Of a DNA stretch of 64,000 nt, positions 57,195 through 64,000 are shown one piece after another (position 1 is the stretch's first letter; every line of letters starts with the position of its first letter). The position numbers were made by a program, and so were the translations under genes. Origin of the DNA: an uncultured Chloroflexia bacterium (GTDB lineage: Bacteria; Chloroflexota; Anaerolineae; Anaerolineales; Villigracilaceae). The notes under the pieces are model-generated. The model made no database searches. It saw nothing but the letters and a program-made list of their open reading frames with translations, and had not been told where the DNA came from. The stretch covers positions 11,022-75,021 of the forward strand of contig CAWAGT010000014.1 of the NCBI GenBank assembly GCA_963781625.1, in the 5' to 3' direction.

Positions 57195-57661
57195 GGTGCC
57201 GGAATATAGCTCAGAAAATCTGCAGCGGCCCAGCCAGCGCGCGTATCATCATATGGGGCGACCAGATACCACCACTGATAGCCATCCACTTCGCGCGGTC
57301 CGTCCTGCACGAGGAAGACTTCCGAGTCAAAGCCGAGAAAATCTGGATTGCCGTTCAGTCCTGGTTCAGAGCGAATGCGCAAGCCTTCGCCCTCCGTGCC
57401 GGCGATCTGCACATAGTTGCCGATGGCGATTCCGGCCTGGGGCGTGGGTGAGGCGAAGGGATCGATGGTGGGCGTGGGTGGCGCTCCGGAGGTCCCGGTT
57501 GGGGCGGGGATCACCGTCAAATCCGCCGGGGCAAACCCAATGTCGGAAGAGCGGGGCGCTGAGGTCCATCCGATCGAGATGGCGGTGATAAGTAGCAAAA
57601 TCCCGGCGAAGAGAAGCGCGCCGAGGATCACGCGCCGGTTGAAGAGGTCGCGAGCGTTCAT
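57191..57661 (-). CDS. membrane-anchored SH3b-domain protein
   Basis: N-terminal TM segment, a Pro/Thr linker, then GNYVQIAGTEGEGLRIRSEPG...GYQWWYL, an SH3-like pattern. Confidence 0.6.
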   Translation of the reverse strand: MNARDLFNRRVILGALLFAGILLLITAISIGWTSAPRSSDIGFAPADLTVIPAPTGTSGAPPTPTIDPFASPTPQAGIAIGNYVQIAGTEGEGLRIRSEPGLNGNPDFLGFDSEVFLVQDGPREVDGYQWWYLVAPYDDTRAGWAAADFLSYIPAP

Positions 57662-58614
57662 ACGATTGCCTCATGGTTCATGTTCATCAATAATTCCATA
57701 CCGCGCGGCGGCATGAGCATTTTCAGCGCACGCGTTTGAACAGTGATCTCGGCTTTTTGTACAAAGCCGCGCGCCTCGCCGTCAGTCTGGACCCAGTAGG
57801 GAGAATCGGCCTCCACACGCAGGTTCCGGAATGTGATGCGATGCGCAGCATCGGAATTAACATGACTGCCGCGCCAGAGATCATAGGCGTGACGAAGCGC
57901 GTCGCCCAGGTTGCTTCCGTTGAACAGCCAGAGATCGAGCAGACCATCATCCAGATAAGCCTCAGGCGAAATGATGGAAAGACCGCCCATGTAGTGACGG
58001 ATGTTGGTTGCCACCGCCAGAATGAAGTTTCCTTCCACTTCATGCTCGTCTGCCCATAAGCGCAAACGAATGCCGCCCCATTGCGCCGCGTTCAGGATGG
58101 CCTTCGCCGCGTATTCAGGCATGGCCAGAAATTTATCCAAACGGACGCGCGGCTCCAGCGATTGGATCGTCAGCGCATCCAGGCCGATACCAGCCCACAT
58201 CATAAAGGCAAACTCGTTGCACCTGCCCACATCCACAACACAGGCGGGCGCGTTTGCGAGAATGGAGGCATTCTGGCGCAACACCCAGGGATGGGTCAAG
58301 GCGAATGGGCGCAGTCCCAGTTCGATGCTCCAGACGTTGGCTGTGCCCGCGGGCAGGACTGCCAATGCCGTGTCAGAACCGATCAATCCATTGACCACGT
58401 TACCGATCGTTCCATCGCCGCCAACGGCGAAGACCGCCTCTTTTTTCTCAGCCGCGGCCTGCCTCGCCACTGCGATGGTATGGTCTCCGCTTTGAGTCTC
58501 GACTGCATCTATTTTCCATCCATTGGACTCCAGTTCTTTGATCGCCGGTTTGAGAAAAGGTTTGACTGAAAAACGACCTGCCGCGGGATTGTAAACGATG
58601 ATCGCACTGCGCAT
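57658..58614 (-). CDS. diacylglycerol/lipid kinase-family protein (YegS/BmrU-like)
   Basis: AIIVYNPAAG and FAVGGDGTIGNVVNGL motifs. The start is uncertain (ATG at 58614 or TTG at 58662). Confidence 0.82.
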   Translation of the reverse strand: MRSAIIVYNPAAGRFSVKPFLKPAIKELESNGWKIDAVETQSGDHTIAVARQAAAEKKEAVFAVGGDGTIGNVVNGLIGSDTALAVLPAGTANVWSIELGLRPFALTHPWVLRQNASILANAPACVVDVGRCNEFAFMMWAGIGLDALTIQSLEPRVRLDKFLAMPEYAAKAILNAAQWGGIRLRLWADEHEVEGNFILAVATNIRHYMGGLSIISPEAYLDDGLLDLWLFNGSNLGDALRHAYDLWRGSHVNSDAAHRITFRNLRVEADSPYWVQTDGEARGFVQKAEITVQTRALKMLMPPRGMELLMNMNHEAIV

Positions 58615-58734
58615 GGGCAGGATTATAACTCTCCCGGCCTCCCAAATATGTCCCGAATTCAAGCGTGGTGAATTGGGTATGTTGGATTTTGATTTCTTCC
58701 CGCATATTTGGGTGGGGTATAATCTTTTAAGATT

Positions 58735-59814
58735 ATGAATGAAGGGATGTTACTCAACAATCGTTATCAACTGCTTGAGCGACTCGGCTCAGGTGGTATG
58801 TCCGATGTGTTTCGCGCCCGCGATCTCATGTTGGAACGCTCGGTTGCCATCAAGGTACTGCACGAAAATTATTCGAATGACGAGGCCTTTCAGGAACGCT
58901 TCCGTCAGGAAGCGCGCGCCGCGGCCAACCTGTCACATCCCAACATCGTGACCGTTCATGACTTTGGCTTTGATCATGGTCAACTCTTTATTGTGATGGA
59001 ATATCTTCCGGGCAAGGATCTGAAGACCCTCCTGCGTCAGCGCGGGCGCTATTCCGTTGATGAGGCCATTCCATTGATGGTACAAGCTTGTGCGGGAATC
59101 GGTTACGCCCACCGCGCGGGACTTGTCCATTGCGATATCAAGCCGCATAACATGATCGTCACCCCCGATGGTCGCCTCAAAGTGACGGACTTTGGCATCG
59201 CCCGCGCCCTTTCCACCATCACGCCCGATGAACGCGCCGATGTGGTCTGGGGCTCGCCGCAATACTTTTCGCCGGAACAGGCTGTTGGGGAACCGCCCTC
59301 GCCCGCTTCCGATGTATATTCACTGGGTGTTGTGCTCTATGAAGTATTGACCGGCGCGCTGCCTTTCACCGCTCCCACCAGCGAGGATCTCGCCCGCCTG
59401 CATCTGGAAGCCAGGCCGATTCCTCCGAGTGAGTACGTGCCGGATATCCCCTCTGCTTTGGAAGAGATCATTCTCAAAGTTTTATCGAAGGAACCTTCCG
59501 CTCGTTATCGTACCGCAGACCAATTGGGACGCGTCCTTCTGCGCTTCGGGACTCAGAAGGATACGGCACCCACGCCTGCGTTAAGCCTGACCCCCGAAGT
59601 TGCCTCTACGTATCGTCAATCGGAGCCACCCCCCTCTTCCATTCCAAGGATGTCCGCGACTCCTCCCCGCGCTGAACCTGCGTTCTCCATCCCAGAAATC
59701 CCCATGCCGGATGTCGACTGGGCCTCTGTGGGTCTGGGTCTCATTGCCCTGGTCGCCGTTGGTGGCTTGATCCCGCTGTGGATCTATATCTTTTTCTTAT
59801 ACAACCCTCGTTAA
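58735..59814 (+). CDS. Hanks-type Ser/Thr protein kinase with a C-terminal TM anchor
   Basis: GSGGMSDVF, AIKVL, HCDIKPHN, DFGIA and SPEQ motifs. Confidence 0.9.
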   Translation: MNEGMLLNNRYQLLERLGSGGMSDVFRARDLMLERSVAIKVLHENYSNDEAFQERFRQEARAAANLSHPNIVTVHDFGFDHGQLFIVMEYLPGKDLKTLLRQRGRYSVDEAIPLMVQACAGIGYAHRAGLVHCDIKPHNMIVTPDGRLKVTDFGIARALSTITPDERADVVWGSPQYFSPEQAVGEPPSPASDVYSLGVVLYEVLTGALPFTAPTSEDLARLHLEARPIPPSEYVPDIPSALEEIILKVLSKEPSARYRTADQLGRVLLRFGTQKDTAPTPALSLTPEVASTYRQSEPPPSSIPRMSATPPRAEPAFSIPEIPMPDVDWASVGLGLIALVAVGGLIPLWIYIFFLYNPR

Positions 59815-60482
59815 TGAACAAGTATGTTATTTCTTCATCCATCCTCTCCGCTGATTTTGCCCGTCTCGGCGAACAGATTGCGACAGCTGAATCCGCCGGC
59901 GCGGATTGGATTCACATCGATGTAATGGATGGGCATTTCGTCCCGAACATTACGATGGGACCATTTATCGTCAAAACCTGCAGTCGGATCACGAAACTGC
60001 CTCTGGATGTCCATTTGATGATCGAAGAGCCTGAACGTTACATTGAAGTATTTGCCGAATCCGGCGCCAATCATTTGACAGTCCACGTGGAGACTTGTCC
60101 GGATCTATCGAATACTTTAAAACAAATCAAATCGCTGGGCTGCACTGCGGGTGTCGTCTTGAATCCACCTACGCCTGTCAGCGAGATCGAGCCTTTTTTG
60201 GCGGAGGCAGACTTGGTCCTGGTGATGAGCGTGAACCCCGGTTACTCGGGGCAAAGCTTCATGCCGCAGACCATCGCCAAAGTGGCGGCGGTCCGCCAAA
60301 AATTGGATGCCTTGGGTTCCCCTGCCTGGCTTGAAGTAGACGGTGGAATCGATGTTGAGACTTTGCCCAAAATGAAAGAAGCGGGCGCTATGGCTTTCGT
60401 CGCAGCCACGGCCATCTTCAAGTATCCGCAGGGAATCGAGGCAGGAATCAATGCGCTGCGAGGGGCGATTGCAAGTTCCTAA
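59814..60482 (+). CDS. rpe: ribulose-phosphate 3-epimerase
   Basis: SSSILSADFARLGEQI, HIDVMDGHFVPN and MSVNPGYSGQ motifs. The ATG overlaps the kinase stop (TAATG). Confidence 0.92.
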   Translation: MNKYVISSSILSADFARLGEQIATAESAGADWIHIDVMDGHFVPNITMGPFIVKTCSRITKLPLDVHLMIEEPERYIEVFAESGANHLTVHVETCPDLSNTLKQIKSLGCTAGVVLNPPTPVSEIEPFLAEADLVLVMSVNPGYSGQSFMPQTIAKVAAVRQKLDALGSPAWLEVDGGIDVETLPKMKEAGAMAFVAATAIFKYPQGIEAGINALRGAIASS

Positions 60483-60490
60483 CTCCAATG

Positions 60491-60568
60491 GGAGATTGCT
60501 TCGGGCTCGGGTTTCGATACGAGCGCGAACAGCACTCGCTCCACTCAACCACCAGCCCTCGCAATGAC
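60491..60568. repeat. extragenic repeat GGAGATTGCTTCGG...GGTTTCGATACG...ACTCAACCACC...CTCGCAATGAC
   Basis: Shares its internal segment with 35170-35213 and its termini with the inverted copies at 60944-61041. Confidence 0.6.
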
Positions 60569-60585
60569 ATTAGGGTTATGAAACA

Positions 60586-60618
60586 AAAATCACGATCCAT
60601 TTTGGATCGTGATTTTTT
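60586..60618. terminator. bidirectional terminator between rpe and rpmB
   Basis: Stem ATCACGATCC / GGATCGTGAT with an ATTTT loop, an A-run before and a T5 run after. Confidence 0.7.
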
Positions 60619-60636
60619 GTCTTGTAATCCGGTCGT

Positions 60637-60822
60637 TTACGCGGCGGTTTTGGTCAGGCTCTTGATGCACTTGGCGCATAACACCTTGTGCACGGGGCGG
60701 CCGTTCTCCATCACCAGGGTCTTTTGCAGGTTCGGTTTGAACTTGCGGTTGGTGGCACGCTGGGAGAAGGAGCGGTTGTGACCGAAGCTGGTGGATTTAC
60801 CGCAATTTGCACACTTAGCCAT
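60637..60822 (-). CDS. rpmB: 50S ribosomal protein L28
   Basis: MAKCANCGKSTSFGHNRSFSQRATNRKFKPNLQK.... The track ORF is over-extended; the ATG is at 60822. Confidence 0.92.
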   Translation of the reverse strand: MAKCANCGKSTSFGHNRSFSQRATNRKFKPNLQKTLVMENGRPVHKVLCAKCIKSLTKTAA

Positions 60823-60943
60823 TTTCTTGAAACATCCTTTCTTGCTATAATTCCGATTCCATTTGCCCTCTTTCAGAGAGGACGGCATTTTACCACACAT
60901 CCCGGCCTTTCTCAAGCTGGGATGATAGAATAGAGACCAACAT

Positions 60944-61041
60944 GTCATTGCGAGCCGTTCTTTGGCGAAGTAATCTCTTGTTCCACTGAGGATTGCCTCA
61001 TCGCTTGCGCTCAATACCAGCAGGACAGCCTTCGCAATGAC
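60944..61041. repeat. two inverted copies of the GTCATTGCGAG...GAAG(C/T)AATCTC-type extragenic repeat
   Basis: GTCATTGCGAG at 60944-60954 and CGCAATGAC at 61033-61041. Internal segments GGCGAAGTAATCTC and GAGGATTGCCTC. Confidence 0.55.
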
Positions 61042-61168
61042 ATAATCAGTAAGTCACGAAAGAATCAAAAGAAGCCCGAAAATAGGGGCCTGGGCGTAAG
61101 CCCGCACCCCAATTTATGGAGAATCTCTCGGTTTTCGTGAAGTATTGATAATACATAATGAGGAAAAC

Positions 61169-61526
61169 ATGGGCGAAGAAAAGACATCTCTGGGCGGGAT
61201 TCACATCTCACCAAATGCAGTGGCGACCATTGCGTACCATGCCACCCTGGAATCGTACGGCGTGGTGGGCCTGGCGCCGAAGAATATTGCGGATGGCATT
61301 GTAAAGACGATCACGCGCGAAGCCTTCGCGGGGCGTATCTGTTCATTACAATGGCGAAGATATCGACATCGAGATTCATATCATCGTGGAATATGGGACG
61401 CGTATCAACTCGGTGGCGGAAAGCGTGGCGAATACCGTGCGCTTCCAGGTGGAAAAGGCATTAGGTCTGAAAGTCAACACCATCAACGTCCACGTGGCAG
61501 GGCTGCGCGTGAGCAGTCCTGACTAG
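61169..61526 (+). pseudogene. Asp23/Gls24-family protein, frameshifted at the G4 run 61330-61333
   Basis: The N-terminal part IHISPNAVATIAYHATLESYGVVGL lies in one frame. The conserved C-terminal part GVSVHYNGEDIDIEIHIIVEYGTRINSVAESVANTVRFQVEKALGLKVNTINVHVAGLRV lies in the next frame and ends with TAG at 61524-61526. Confidence 0.8.
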
Positions 61527-61539
61527 GAGCAGAAGTGTC

Positions 61540-63207
61540 ATGGCAGTAGATACCGTTCGTGTTGAGAAACTCCGCAAGCAATCGATCAACGGTCAGTCAA
61601 TGAAGCGTCTCGTGGAAGCCGGTATGATCTGGCTGCGTACGAATCAACAGACGGTCAACACGTTGAATGTCTTTCCTGTGCCGGATGGCGATACCGGTAC
61701 CAACATGGTGCTGACCATGCAATCCGCCTGGAGCGAGATCAAGGATCTGGGTCAGCGCAACATCAGCGAAATGGCCGCGGCCGTATCGAAGGGCGCGCTG
61801 ATGGGTGCGCGCGGGAATTCAGGCGTGATCCTTTCCCAGTTGTGGCGCGGCTTTGCGCGCGGCCTGCATGGCGCAGAAGTGTTGGATAGTCCTGCTCTGG
61901 TCAAAGCCTTCGGCGAAGCGCGTGATACCGCTTATAAGGGAGTCGTCCGTCCGGTGGAGGGGACGATCCTTACCGTTGCCCGCGGCGTGGCTGAAGCAAC
62001 GGAGGCAGCTCTTGGGTCCACGCAAGATCCGATCCGTATCCTGGAGATCGCGGTGAAGGCTGCGGACGAGGCAGTCAAAAAGACGCCGGATCTGTTGCCA
62101 GTCCTCAAACAGGCGGGCGTGGTTGATTCGGGGGGCAAAGGTTTGTTCTTTATCCTGGAAGGAATGCTGCGACATGTGTATGGGGAGTCGCTCGAAACAC
62201 CAATTATGAATGTGCAACCGATCTCAAGCATGCAGATGCAGGACGCCATGGAAGAAGTGGAAGATGGGCAGGATTATGAGGTGGTGGTGGATTTCCTGCC
62301 TGCCGAAGATTTCGAATTGCAAACATTCTACGGGCACCTGGAAGAGATTGGCACCTCCATTCAGGTGGGTGAAGGGGAAGGCATGTATCGCATGCACATC
62401 CATGTGCCACTCGAAAAACGTTATGAGCCAATCGATTACATCATGGGTATCGGCACCATTACGAAAGTTGCCATGGAAAATTTACTGGCACAGATGGATG
62501 ATATCCAGAAGGGCAAAGCCAGTCGTATTTCTTTTGCCAACGTGGAGCCCGGGCAGATCGCGGTCGTGGCTGTTTCCCCCGGCGCGGGATTAAGCCGCAT
62601 CTTTGCCAGCCTGGGTGTGGCCGCGGTGGTGGAGGGCGGCCAGACGATGAATCCTTCCACCCAGGATATTTTGGATTCGTTCGAAAACCTGCCCACCGAT
62701 AAGATCATCCTCCTGCCGAATAATAAGAACATTATTATGGCCGCGAACCAGGCCAGGGAGGTCACCGTCAAACAAGTGGCAGTCATACCGAGCAGGACGA
62801 TTCCTCAGGGACTGGCTGCTATGCTCTCGCTTCAACCTGACGGGGAACTGGATTCCGTTTCCGATAAGATGACCAAAGCCTTGGCCCAGGTGCTCTCAGG
62901 CGAAATCACGATCGCGACCCGCTCGGTTGAAATCGATGGAGTGAATGTCAAAGAGGGACAGGTGATCGCGCTGCTGGATGGCAAGCTGGTGTTCTCGGCC
63001 GGTTCCCTGGAAGAAGCCTGCCTGGGATTGTTGGAAAAGGCGAACGCGGCGGAGCATGAGTTGATCACTTTGCTCTATGGACAGGATCTCACCCATGCAG
63101 AAGCGAACCGCATCGCTGATGTTATTCGGCAAGCATATTCTAGCCTGGAGGTGGAGGTGCAGGAGGGTGGCCAGCCGCACTATCAGTTTATCATGTCCAT
63201 TGAATGA
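61540..63207 (+). CDS. yloV: DAK2-domain protein (YloV family)
   Basis: VFPVPDGDTGTNM and ARGNSGVILSQ motifs. Sits in the conserved position after asp23. Confidence 0.88.
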   Translation: MAVDTVRVEKLRKQSINGQSMKRLVEAGMIWLRTNQQTVNTLNVFPVPDGDTGTNMVLTMQSAWSEIKDLGQRNISEMAAAVSKGALMGARGNSGVILSQLWRGFARGLHGAEVLDSPALVKAFGEARDTAYKGVVRPVEGTILTVARGVAEATEAALGSTQDPIRILEIAVKAADEAVKKTPDLLPVLKQAGVVDSGGKGLFFILEGMLRHVYGESLETPIMNVQPISSMQMQDAMEEVEDGQDYEVVVDFLPAEDFELQTFYGHLEEIGTSIQVGEGEGMYRMHIHVPLEKRYEPIDYIMGIGTITKVAMENLLAQMDDIQKGKASRISFANVEPGQIAVVAVSPGAGLSRIFASLGVAAVVEGGQTMNPSTQDILDSFENLPTDKIILLPNNKNIIMAANQAREVTVKQVAVIPSRTIPQGLAAMLSLQPDGELDSVSDKMTKALAQVLSGEITIATRSVEIDGVNVKEGQVIALLDGKLVFSAGSLEEACLGLLEKANAAEHELITLLYGQDLTHAEANRIADVIRQAYSSLEVEVQEGGQPHYQFIMSIE

Positions 63208-64000
63208 CCGAGCCTGATTTTCTTCAATACGATATTGCCGCGGTCATTCCCTGTTATCGGGTGGAGCGGGAAATTCAGTCTGTTTTACAGAAGGTGCCAG
63301 CTTATATCAAACAGATTATCGTGGTGGATGATGCTTCGCCGGATGCCACGCGTGATCTGGTCACTGCCTCCGCGAAGATAGATCGACGTATCACCTTGTT
63401 CCGTCATTCATCCAACCAGGGCGTGGGCGGTGCAATGATCACTGGCTATCGCAAGGCGTTGGAGTTGAACGCGCAGATCGTGGTCAAGATCGACGGTGAT
63501 GATCAAATGGATGTGGATCATCTGCCTGCATTGCTCAAGCCGCTGATCGAGGGAAAGGCTGATTACACCAAAGGGAATCGTTTTCGCGATTTTCAATCCC
63601 TGCAAAGAATGCCACTGATCCGGCGTGTGGGCAATATGGGGTTGGGTTTTTTAGCCAAGGCTGCCACAGGCTATTGGAATTTGTTCGATCCCACCAATGG
63701 ATTCAACGCCATCCGAGCAGAAGCTTTGGCACAACTGCCCTTGGACAAAATTGATCGCACTTATTATTTCGAGACTTCGATGCTCGCCAACCTATATTTG
63801 ATCGGCGCTGCGGTTAAAGATGTCCCCATGCCGGCTCGTTATCAGGGTGAGGTCTCCAGCTTATTGATCCATCGCATCCTGTTTGAGTTCCCTCAAAAGC
63901 TCTTCGTTACCTTTGTTCGCAGGATTTTGCTTAAAAATTTTATTTACGATTTTTCGATGGCGACCATTTATCTGTTGACCGGCCTGCCACTTTTTCTTTT
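63204..64000 (+). CDS. GT2-family glycosyltransferase, 3'-truncated by the window end (not in the supplied ORF track)
   Basis: ATG at 63204 overlaps the yloV stop. The translation reads AAVIPCYRVEREI...IIVVDDASPDAT...NQGVGGAMITGY...KIDGDDQMD, with no stop before nt 64000. Confidence 0.8.
   Translation, partial: MTEPDFLQYDIAAVIPCYRVEREIQSVLQKVPAYIKQIIVVDDASPDATRDLVTASAKIDRRITLFRHSSNQGVGGAMITGYRKALELNAQIVVKIDGDDQMDVDHLPALLKPLIEGKADYTKGNRFRDFQSLQRMPLIRRVGNMGLGFLAKAATGYWNLFDPTNGFNAIRAEALAQLPLDKIDRTYYFETSMLANLYLIGAAVKDVPMPARYQGEVSSLLIHRILFEFPQKLFVTFVRRILLKNFIYDFSMATIYLLTGLPLFL

Noticed and set aside
60521-60556. The ...CTCGCTCCACTCAACCACCA... segment and its relatives at 34991-35003 and 35201-35213 looked like tRNA acceptor or 3'-CCA ends. 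Considered as tRNA fragments or integration att sites.
   Set aside because: There is no T-loop (GTTCRANNC) or D-arm, and no cloverleaf can be drawn. The segments are internal modules of a longer extragenic repeat.

Overview
This is a 64-kb chromosomal window. From gene content alone it most likely comes from a Chloroflexota or other Terrabacteria-type genome: Pro/Thr-linker exoproteins, and rpmB-asp23-yloV, kinase-rpe and degV-recG-coaD neighbourhoods. That placement is inference only. I count about 60 protein-coding genes. I saw no rRNA, tRNA or CRISPR array.

Main blocks:
- (a) 3.0-20.9 kb: a long minus-strand gene string. It holds two tandem DarA/PstA-type c-di-AMP receptor paralogs, an ArsB/NhaD permease, a CBS-pair protein and a USP-GpgS fusion. 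It also holds glucosylglycerate-related genes (GT4, two GH63-like hydrolases, a GH13_18 phosphorylase) and an opine-dehydrogenase / B12-binding-domain enzyme pair.
- (b) 21-38 kb: housekeeping and cell-envelope genes, including a class A PBP, a MNT/HEPN toxin-antitoxin pair, recG, coaD and corA.
- (c) 38.4-42.0 kb: a visibly AT-rich accessory island. It carries a decayed two-gene module whose large gene starts with an Mrr/PD-(D/E)xK-like nuclease domain. That gene is interrupted by an IS630-family element, a 150-bp insertion and frameshifts.
- (d) 48.5-53.7 kb: four tandem L,D-transpeptidase genes plus an amidase.
- (e) 54-64 kb: a TPR protein, a Ser/Thr kinase, rpe, rpmB, asp23 and yloV.

The most striking global property is the number of conserved genes broken by frameshifts or in-frame stops: at least 10 loci. 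This is either indel-prone sequencing or real gene decay.

The best candidates for something new are:
- the decayed nuclease-fusion island, a possible uncharacterised defence module;
- the DarA-DarA-permease-CBS-USP/GpgS arrangement, a possible c-di-AMP-linked osmolyte module;
- the translationally coupled opine-dehydrogenase / B12-domain-fusion gene pair.

All family calls rest on motifs read by eye. No database search was run.
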